DNA of 64,000 bases from Eubacteriales bacterium (lineage in GTDB: Bacteria; Bacillota; Clostridia; Oscillospirales; CAG-272), in assembly GCA_045577175.1 (NCBI GenBank), contig JAZNHT010000017.1, positions 18,686-82,685 of the forward strand, written 5' to 3'. The stretch's first letter is position 1; each line of letters begins with the position of its first letter. The notes under the pieces were generated by a model, which ran no database searches, was not told the DNA's origin, and worked only from the letters and a program-made list of their open reading frames with translations. Positions 10,625 to 19,600 of this stretch are shown here, piece after piece. The position numbers and the translations under genes are program-made.

Positions 10625-10653
10625 AGTATAGCACACTTTAACGCTTTAGTCAA
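10625..10653 (-). promoter_or_regulatory. sigma-70-like promoter for the his operon
   Basis: On the minus strand: TTGACT, a 17-nt spacer, then TATACT, about 40 nt upstream of the hisZ start. Confidence 0.5.
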
Positions 10654-10689
10654 GTAAAGCGATAAAGTTTTTTGAGAATTTTTGCGAAA

Positions 10690-11241
10690 TTATTCAACAA
10701 ATCCCTTGAGCTTGACTGTGCGGGGTGTATGACGGACGGCAGGGAGGAATTTTTCGAGAATATCCGCCGTTCTGATTTTCAGACTGCTCGTGTTTTTGCA
10801 CGGATGGCAGCAGAGGTATTCGTCCTTCAGAATATCCTCGTCAATGATAAGCTGTACGCGCATTTCCTTGTCGTATGCAAGCCCGAGCACAGTCACCGAT
10901 CCGGGCGTGACGCCGAGGAGGGACTGCATATGCTCCTCGTCCGCAAAGGAGAGGCGCGTTGAGCCGATCTGGTGGGAGAGCTCCTTCGTTTTGAACGGCT
11001 TCTCGCCCGGCATAAGGAGCAGATAAAAGCAGGAGCCGTTGCTGTTTCTGAGAAAAAGATTTTTGCACATCGGCGTACCGAACGATTCGTCGATTGCGGC
11101 GCACGCTTCGATTGTGAAAGCCGCCTCGTGATCGACGCGGTCGTATTCGATGCCGAGGGAGTCGAGGAGGGTGTACGTTTCGCACTCGTGGGCGTCTCTA
11201 AATTCGTCGTGCGGATTGCCGTGATGGATTTCGTATGACAT
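10690..11241 (-). CDS. YbaK/ProX-type aminoacyl-tRNA deacylase domain protein
   Basis: KNLFLRN...GSCFYLLLMPGEK...LGVTPGSVTVLGL matches the YbaK/prolyl-tRNA-synthetase-associated domain pattern. Confidence 0.65.
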   Translation of the reverse strand: MSYEIHHGNPHDEFRDAHECETYTLLDSLGIEYDRVDHEAAFTIEACAAIDESFGTPMCKNLFLRNSNGSCFYLLLMPGEKPFKTKELSHQIGSTRLSFADEEHMQSLLGVTPGSVTVLGLAYDKEMRVQLIIDEDILKDEYLCCHPCKNTSSLKIRTADILEKFLPAVRHTPRTVKLKGFVE

Positions 11242-11440
11242 GGTTGTATATCCGTTTCTTTCATTTTAATATAATACGTCATTATATCACAGCGGTGGAA
11301 AAAAAGCAAGGTGCAAACGCGGTTTTCGGCAATCTTTTGTCCGAACAGGGAAAATTTACAAGTCATGCGGTGTTTGTTCATGTCCCGGTTGCAGTTTGGA
11401 GGTATAATAACAATACGAATTTCACAATTGGAGAACAGTA

Positions 11441-11851
11441 ATGTCAAACTGGAAACAAAAGATTGCCTCATTCCTGTACGGGCGGTACGGCTCCGATCAG
11501 CTTGGGCGCGCGCTTCTTTTTCTGTATCTCGTTTTTTATATCGTGTATGTCTTCACGCATATGTGGGTGTTTATCGTTTTATCGAATGTCGCTCTGATTT
11601 TCATGGTGTTTCGTATGTTTTCGCGCAAGTATGCCCGCCGCCGTCGGGAGAACGAATGGTTTCTCAAGCTGTGGAATCCGATCGTTTCATGGGTGAAGCT
11701 GCAATTTCACCGTGTACGTGACTGCCGCAGTTCCGTCTACCGCAAATGTCCGCACTGCAAGGCTGTTTTGAAGCTCCCTCGCCGTCGCGGAAGTCATACT
11801 GTCCGCTGTCCGCGCTGTTCCGAACGGTTTGATACGCGGGTTCTGTTTTAA
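11441..11851 (+). CDS. membrane protein with a C-terminal zinc ribbon (hypothetical)
   Basis: Two hydrophobic helices followed by CPHCK...CPRCSERF (Cx2C-x16-Cx2C). GGAGAA RBS. Confidence 0.5.
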   Translation: MSNWKQKIASFLYGRYGSDQLGRALLFLYLVFYIVYVFTHMWVFIVLSNVALIFMVFRMFSRKYARRRRENEWFLKLWNPIVSWVKLQFHRVRDCRSSVYRKCPHCKAVLKLPRRRGSHTVRCPRCSERFDTRVLF

Positions 11852-11900
11852 TTTGTCGAACTTATTTTTCATAAAAACGCAAAAAAATGTTCATATTTTA

Positions 11901-11929
11901 TTGACAAATCTCTGCGGATGCGGTATAAT
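11901..11929 (+). promoter_or_regulatory. consensus sigma-70 promoter
   Basis: TTGACA, an exact 17-nt spacer, then TATAAT, about 40 nt upstream of the 52-aa ORF. Confidence 0.7.
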
Positions 11930-11969
11930 AGTACAGGATCAATGGGAGAAAGGGAAGGAAGCGACACCG

Positions 11970-12128
11970 ATGCAGCTTTTGAATACATATTTAGCCGCCG
12001 TTATAGCCGGAATGGTGCCGCTGGCACCGATGACCGGTGACATCAACGTGATGATAATTGTTGCCGTAATTCTTATTGCCGCGTTTTTGATTTTCATTCT
12101 TCTGAAGGGAAATCGCCGCGGTCGGTAA
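11970..12128 (+). CDS. 52-aa small membrane peptide with a sorting-signal-like architecture
   Basis: MQLLNTYLAAVIAGMVPLAPMTGDINVMIIVAVILIAAFLIFILLKGNRRGR. It has its own consensus promoter and an AGGGAAGGA RBS, and a terminator follows directly. Confidence 0.45.
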   Translation: MQLLNTYLAAVIAGMVPLAPMTGDINVMIIVAVILIAAFLIFILLKGNRRGR

Positions 12129-12147
12129 CTGATTTTGAATAAATATG

Positions 12148-12180
12148 CCGGACTGTCTTTCGGGACTGTCCGGCTTTTTG
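12148..12180. terminator. bidirectional intrinsic terminator
   Basis: CCGGACTGTC-tttcgg-GACTGTCCGG (9 of 10 bp) followed by CTTTTTG. It sits between the small ORF on the plus strand and the minus-strand nucleotidyltransferase stop at 12184. Confidence 0.7.
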
Positions 12181-12183
12181 TAT

Positions 12184-13422
12184 CTACAGACCGACTTCTC
12201 TGAGCAGATTGCGGACGGTTTCGACCGTGTCTCTGTCGAGATTTCGGAGTGCGCGCAGCGTCCGTGCAGAGCGTTTGCGCGTTTTGGGGCTGAACAGACC
12301 GCACCAGCGCGCGATTTGGCAAAACGGTGTGAGGATGCGGTGCTTTTCCAAAACGGGATACTTCAGCTTCAGCTCTGCATACGGCATAAAAATACGCCCC
12401 AGAATGTATTGCCCCCTGCCTCCTGCGCGTTGCTGACGGACGGTTTCGAAATTCGACCGAGTGCCGTACGCGCCTCCCGACAGAATGAATTTCTGCATAT
12501 CTTCCGTAAGTGCAGTGTGCGCGTCCGAGCCGAACCACACACCGATCAGCGAGCAGACACAGCCGTAGAAGCGCAGAAGCCCGCTTTCTTTCAGCAAAGA
12601 CGTGAGCAGTGCGCGATCAGGCGAGGTGCCTTTTTCGAGAAGATACAGATCGATCAGCGGACGGATGCCGCATCCGCCGCTTTGAAAGTGATATGCCATG
12701 TGCGCGATCACGTGAAAGAGCAGATACGTGTCCGACTGCCGATACGTCATTCCGCCTTCCGTCATCGGAGCGCTGAATTTCCATACGCGACGCAGCAGGC
12801 GGTCGGGTGCGGACATATTTTCGCAGATGCTGAAATGGAGTTCAATCGGCAGACCGCACGGGGCAAAGAGCGCGGTGTCGTGATAATTCCGTTTTTCGGA
12901 TGCGCGATAGTGCAGGCGGTTTGTCAGCACCTGTGCCGCCTGTTCCAGATCCGATTCGTGCACAAGGATGTCAATATCACAGCTCGTGCGCATCCACGGC
13001 GCGGGATAGTATGCGCGGATTACTGCGCCCTTCAGCGGGATATGCGGGATTGCGGCATCCGTAAGTACGCGGCAGATTTCCTCAAGCTCGTAGCGGAACT
13101 GCTCGTGCCTGTATGCCGCTTCCGCAAGTGCTTGGCGAAAGAGCTCGGATGCGCCGCCGCTTTTCATAAGATGCGCGCGGGAGATCGCCTGTGCGGTGAT
13201 GTGCGCAAGATCGTGATTGCTTGCAAGGGAGTACAGCATACGCAAGTCCTCCTCCGTTACGGATTGCGGAAGAGAGCAGTCTTCCTCTGTACCGCAAATC
13301 TGCGATCTGAGGAGTGAAAACAGAATATCTTCGGTGTTCACGGATGTTTTTTTACCTCGCTTGGGATACGGATCGTCGTTTTCGGTGAGATTCAGTATAG
13401 CATATCTTGTGCAAAAAAGCAA
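12184..13422 (-). CDS. nucleotidyltransferase family protein (PF14907/NTP_transf_5-like)
   Basis: IPLKGAVIRAYYP...RTSCDIDILVHESDLEQA is the DxD nucleotidyltransferase signature of the 'uncharacterised nucleotidyltransferase' family. It is transcribed divergently from the giant gene. Confidence 0.7.
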   Translation of the reverse strand: MLFCTRYAILNLTENDDPYPKRGKKTSVNTEDILFSLLRSQICGTEEDCSLPQSVTEEDLRMLYSLASNHDLAHITAQAISRAHLMKSGGASELFRQALAEAAYRHEQFRYELEEICRVLTDAAIPHIPLKGAVIRAYYPAPWMRTSCDIDILVHESDLEQAAQVLTNRLHYRASEKRNYHDTALFAPCGLPIELHFSICENMSAPDRLLRRVWKFSAPMTEGGMTYRQSDTYLLFHVIAHMAYHFQSGGCGIRPLIDLYLLEKGTSPDRALLTSLLKESGLLRFYGCVCSLIGVWFGSDAHTALTEDMQKFILSGGAYGTRSNFETVRQQRAGGRGQYILGRIFMPYAELKLKYPVLEKHRILTPFCQIARWCGLFSPKTRKRSARTLRALRNLDRDTVETVRNLLREVGL

Positions 13423-13445
13423 TACGCGCTCGGAATTTACTTCAT

Positions 13446-13471
13446 TTTTTCGTTAATCAACTAACGAAAAA
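13446..13471. promoter_or_regulatory. perfect 10-bp inverted repeat (candidate operator)
   Basis: TTTTTCGTTA-atcaac-TAACGAAAAA, 3 nt upstream of the -35 box of the giant-gene promoter and within the divergent intergenic region. Confidence 0.45.
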
Positions 13472-13474
13472 TCG

Positions 13475-13503
13475 TTGACACGGCGGTTAACATGTGCTAT
13501 ACT
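13475..13503 (+). promoter_or_regulatory. sigma-70 promoter for the giant surface-protein operon
   Basis: TTGACA, a 17-nt spacer, then TATACT, about 110 nt upstream of ATG 13613. Confidence 0.6.
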
Positions 13504-13612
13504 ATAAACTGGGAATGGAGTCCGCTAAGTCGGGTTCGTTCTACATTATGGGTTGCATGGATATGTGAAACGTCGTGTCCGTGCGCTCGGACTTTCAGAA
13601 AGGAAAGACCCA

Positions 13613-16600
13613 ATGAAAAACACAGCAAAACGTTTATTTGGAATAGCATTGGTGTTTATCATGCTGTTCAGCATGTGGCTTGTCCCCACTGCTTTTGCAG
13701 AGGACAGCCTCAATGCGTGGGACGGTACGTCGGATACCTCGTGGTATAACGATACCGATACCGAATTTAGTTTGTCTACGGCAGAACAGCTTGCAGGCTT
13801 TGCAGAGCTTGTGAATGCCGGTAATACCTTCGGGGGGAAGACAGTTAAGCTGACAGCTGACATCAACCTCGGCGGTAAGACATGGACACCGATTGCATCC
13901 TTTGCAGGAAATTTTGTGGGAAACAACTGTACGATCAGTAATTTCCACATGGATGCAACGGAAAAAAGCAGCGGCTTTTTCGGCACTATTGCCGCAAGCA
14001 ACGGTCTGGAGGACGTAAAGGTCAAGGATCTTGTCCTCTCCGACGTGACTGCTGCTGTCGGCGCGTACCGCTTCGGTACACTCGCTAACAGTGTAAAAGG
14101 CGTTGTTCATAACGTTACTGTAAAGAATGTCACCGTTACTACCACCCATACAAGCGCTTGGGTTGGCGGTATGTGTGCCTTTATGGATTGGCCTTGGATG
14201 ACGAACTGCACGGTTGAAAATCTGACGGTGAATGCTGCCGCAGGCGCGGATTTGATTGGCGGATTTGCTTGCATTCTTCAGAAAAACAGCAACCATGTGT
14301 TTGACAACCTCGATGTCAACGGATTCAAGGTAACCGTAATCGATACGGATGCATCCGGATGCGGTGTCGGCGGCTTTGTTGCACAGACACAGCGCGGTTG
14401 GGAGTACCCCAAGGTTATAAACAGTGATGTTACCGGTATTGATGTTACAGCAGTCGGTCTTGTGGACGTCGGCGGCTTTATCGCATGGCCCGGTGCTCAC
14501 ACTACCGCTGAAAACTGCACTGCGCAGGGTAAGATCGACGTTACCGGCGTGACCTCTGCGGATTGCTTCGCAGGCGGCTTCTTCGGCAACCTCGGTTGGA
14601 ATGCAGACCTCGGTAAGATGGGCCACGTTGTCACCGGCTGCTCCGCAGATGTCGATATTATCACGAATGTGGCAGCTGCCGGCGGTTTTGTCGGCTCGGC
14701 TACCAACAGCAATAATGCAAGTATGTATGCAACTTTCACCGACTGCTCAGCAAGCGGTGATATTACCTCAAACGGTACTGCACCTGTCGGCGGCTTCGCA
14801 GGTGATGCGGATCGCGGTACATATAGTAACTGCTCTGCAACCGGCACCGTTGTCGGTGCGAACGGTGTAAGCGGCGGATTTATCGGTTATGTCAGTGACG
14901 TTACTCCGTCATATGATTCCCGTTATCCTGCCGGAACGCGCGACTATGCTGTCGAGTGCGTAACGTTTACCGACTGTACGGAAACTTCCGAGCTTCCGTT
15001 TTTCGGTGATGTGGATACAGCAAAACCGGCGGATGAGGTGGAAATCAGAAATTACGTCGCACAGGTCGGTGAGACTAAGTACGAAACCATCGCAGAGGCT
15101 ATCGCAAATGCTGCCGACGGTGACACTGTCGTAATTCTTCCCGGCGAATACGGCGCATTCAACATCAGCAACAAGAACATCACTATCAAGGGTACTGTTG
15201 GCGAGAACGGTGAGCTGCTTACCACCATCAAGGGTGGCAACCCCGCGATCACCGGTCACAATTTCAACGGTACTATTGCGGATTTGAAGATTGTGGATGC
15301 ATTTAAGGTTATGTATGCTGAACCTGCCGGAAACGTAACTGTTGATAATGTTTACGTAACAGGTGCTACATACGGCTTCCACCTTGTAGCTTATTCGACA
15401 GACTTGACGTGGACAATCCAAAACAGTTACATGGATTTGAGCTGGGCGAACTCCTTTGGCGTATATGATGGCGGCGATGCTGCTATCGTAGTTACGGGTA
15501 ATACTTTTGAGGCGACAAACCCGTATTATGAGGGCGGCTTTGTTTACCATGTAAATACATTCTTGCCGAATGTTACTGTTACAGAAAACATTTTTGGTGA
15601 AAATGCAAAGATTTTGATTCGGGACGCAGTAACAGATACCTCCAATATTAGAATTTTTGCGAACTATCATGCTGACGGCGTTGAGAATGCATTTGATGAA
15701 GACTCTTTAGAGGTCGCTATTGAATCTTACTACAGATCCGTTGATGAAAACGGCAATCTTACAGATCTTGTGACCGTTCCCACCGGCTCCAACTCTCCTG
15801 CATATACAAAGGAAGTTGACGGCTATGTTCGTATTTGGGGTGAGGGCAGCGGTAACGCTTCCGAAAGTTTCGTTCTGAAACTTTACTCCGAAGAAACTCT
15901 CATCGCTACCACCACGCTCAACAACGTTGGCGGAATCATCGACGGTGACGTTAACGTAACCTGGAACTTCTTCTATCCCAGCTCCAATGACGAATATTGG
16001 ACTACCACATGGGAAGAAGGGCATCCGAAAACAACTGCACAGCCCACCAAGGTTGAGCTTTACATCGACGGCACTCTCGTGGCTACCACAGATGCTCAGA
16101 TGAACGCTCCCGATAACCTCAATCCCGTTGTTTGGACCGAGCTCGGCGGTGTGGAAGCCGAAGTCATCGAAATTCGCACTTGGGATGATCTCAAGGCACT
16201 TGATGCACGCGTTGAAGGCGGTGATATGCTTGAGGGCGTGATCGTTAAGCTGATGAACGACATCGACCTGTACGAAATGGGTACAGACGGTGAGGCCGTA
16301 AGTTTTAACCCCATCGGTGCCAATAAGGCTTACTTCAAGGGTACATTTGACGGTCAGGGATACACCATCAGGAATATGTACCAGAGCGGTTGGGCGCTTG
16401 GCTATGACTGGTACAATTATGGTACCATCGGTCTGTTTGCATACCTTTGGGATGCAACGGTCAAGAATCTGACTATCGAAAATGCAGAATGCCTCGTTGA
16501 AGGCGGTAATGTAGCCGGTATTGCAGGTTGCGCGTGGGGCGACTGTACCTTCGAAAATATTACAATCAAAAATTCCACATTTGCAACCTACAACAACCGT

Positions 16601-19600
16601 GCAGCCGGTATCGTTGGTTACACCGGCGGCGAAGGCACCATGACCTTCAAAAATATTACGGTTGATGAGGATACTGTAATTGCCGCTCTGTGGGGCTCCT
16701 ACGATTGTACTCTCGGCGGCGTGGTCGGTTCCACACATAGCAACAATGTAACAAAATACGTCTTTGAAGATGTAACCGTTGCTTGTAAGCTTGATTGCTA
16801 TAATGACGTAACCGCATCTTATAAGTGGTATTCCTACAGAATGTGCGGTATGCTCATCGGCAGCATGAAAGCATTGCAGGAGGGAACAACCGACGTAGAT
16901 CCCCGCGATACCGTTACTCTGAAGAATGTCAATATTACCATCGGCGAATGGGCAAACCAGACATACATCTGGGACGACTCTCTCAGCAAGGGTTGTCAGC
17001 GCGTTGAAGCCGGCTATAGCTATGGCGGTGTGGATGTAAGCCAGTATCCCGATGCTGAGGTCGAAACCATCGGCTTTAACACCATTATCGGCGGTCCTCA
17101 GTCGCAGAGCTCCGGCTATTACGGCTCTGACATCACCAAACTTGAGGAACTCGAAGGCTTTGAAGAACAGGTAGCTGAATTGGATGTTACTGACATCGCA
17201 CTTGAGATCAGAAGCCGTGTCGCACAGGTTGGCGAGACGTACTTCACCAGCCTCCAGACTGCAATTGACAGCGCAAACGGCGAGACCGTAATTCTCATCG
17301 CTAACGCGACCGAGAACATCACGATTGCAGAAGGTGCAACTGTCGTAATCGACCTCGGCGGAAAGACGCTGAACGGTTATATTGCTCCTTGCTCGCCTGC
17401 TTCTCTGACGATTTCGAACGGTTCTGTCAAGAATACAGATTCTTCTGTCAGTGCGCTTGAGATCAACGCAGGCACGCTGACTCTCACAAATGTCAACATT
17501 GATTCCGCACGTCATGCAGTCCGCATCGACGGTGCGGTTACCGCAACCATCGACGGCGGTACCTACCGTTCTGCGATCGGTGAAGGTACCGGTACGTACC
17601 ATGCAGTAAATATCTCCGGCGATGCTTATGTTACCGTTAAGAACGGTACATTCGTGGGTCCGAAGGGCACTACTGCTGACAGCGGTTCTGCAATTTGCAC
17701 AAAAGCTGTAGTTATCATTGAAAACGGTTCATTCAGCGGCGGTAAGAACAGTACCCTGGTTACAAAAGACAGCGGTTCTGTTGTAATCACCGGCGGCACC
17801 TTCGATCAGGATCCCACTGCTTACGTGGCTGACGGCTACAAAGCTGTAGAGGCAGACGGTGTTTATACGGTTGTAATGGTTGTCTATGTCGCGGAGATGA
17901 ACGGAACGAAGTATGAAACTCTTGCCGAAGCCGTAGCTGCTGCCGGTGAGAATGACACTATCACTCTTATTAAAGACGTAGCTTTGACTGATACGCTGAC
18001 GATTCCTGCGGACAAGAAGATCATCCTTGACCTCGCAGGCTATACGGTCAGCCAGACGAAGGAACAGACCGCAGGCTATCAGATGATTCTCATTGACGGT
18101 ACGCTTACCGTGGAGGACTCTGTCGGCGGCGGTAAGATCAGCTATACCGACTCCGGCAACGGCGGCGAGTACATTTCCGATACGATTTACAACAGAGGCG
18201 TGCTCGTAATCAACGGCGGTACGATCGAAAACCTCAGCTCTGCTACGGTTGCATCGAACGGTTATCCGCACGCTGTGGATACGTATTCCGGTATCCGTGA
18301 TACTTCCGTTACGATCAACGGCGGCACGGTGTACTGCGCGGAATATTCCGCAATCCGTATGTTCTGCGTGAGCGAAACCTATAAGAACGATCTGACCATC
18401 ACAGGCGGTACGATCAAGGGTGCTGTGGATGCACAGAACGGTTCTAAGGATAAGGCTTGTGTCGGTGCGCTGAATATCACCGGCGGTACGTTTGAGACCA
18501 CTGCCAATGCAAACAACATCCGTATTGCAGACTGGCACTACTACGGCAGTACGGCTACCATCAGCGGTATCGAGGTTTCCGTTTCCGGCGGTAACTTCAA
18601 CGGCGGTATCTACAACAATATCGGTACGGTTGAAAAGTTCATCACCGGCGGTACGTTCACGGTTGACCCTTCGGCTTATGTGGTGTTCGGCTATGAAGCA
18701 ACGGAGAGCGAAGGCGTTTACGGCGTTGCTGCGTCCGCTATCATCAAAATCAACAATGCCGATGATCTCCTCGCATTTGCGGCTCTTGCCAATGCAGGCA
18801 ACACCTTCTCCGGCAAGACTGTCGAGCTTACGGACGACATCGATCTTGGCGGTATGACATGGACTCCCATTGCCAAGTTTGCGGGTAAGTTCTACGGTAA
18901 TGATTATACCATCAGCAACTTCGTGATCGATGCAACGGCTGCACACGGCGGTTTCTTCAACGTTCTGGAATGGGCAGTGATTGATGATCTGAATCTGGCT
19001 GACGTTACCGCAACTGTAGGCGCTTACCGTTTCGGTACGCTTGCCCGCAGCATCAATCAGACTTGTATCGGTGATGTTACAGTTAAAGACGTAACTGTTA
19101 CTACTACCAATTCTGAGGCTTTTGTGGCAGGCTTGTTCAGCCACGGTACCGTAAACTCCAATATGACGGTAAATAACTGCACGGTTGAGAATTTCACCGT
19201 TAATGCACAGAACGGTGCAATGCTGATCGGCGGTATTACGACCTTTGTTCAGAAAAACGGCACTGAGGCTGAAGACACAAACGTAATGGAGAACCTTCAT
19301 GTTAAGAACATCAAGGTTACCGTTAATGATACCGACGGTTATGCAGGCGTAGGCGGACTTATCGGTCAGACGCAGACTGTATGGCAGAATCCTCATTTCA
19401 AGAATTGCTCTGTAACCGGTCTTGATGTTACCGCAACAGGCACGGTTGACGTGGGCGGATTCATGTGCTATCCCGGCTCGTGGACCTATGCAACCGACTG
19501 CACAACCGAAGGTAAGATCGACGTTTCCGGCGTAACCTCTGCAAATAATTATGCAGGTGGTTTCTTCGGTGACTACGGTTGGGGTGATAACGTCGGCAAG

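Noticed and set aside
10583-10690. Possible T-box or histidine attenuator leader upstream of hisZ
   Set aside because: The promoter -10 lies only about 40 nt from the start codon. That leaves no room for a T-box (about 200 nt or more) or a leader peptide with a His-codon run. None is visible by eye.
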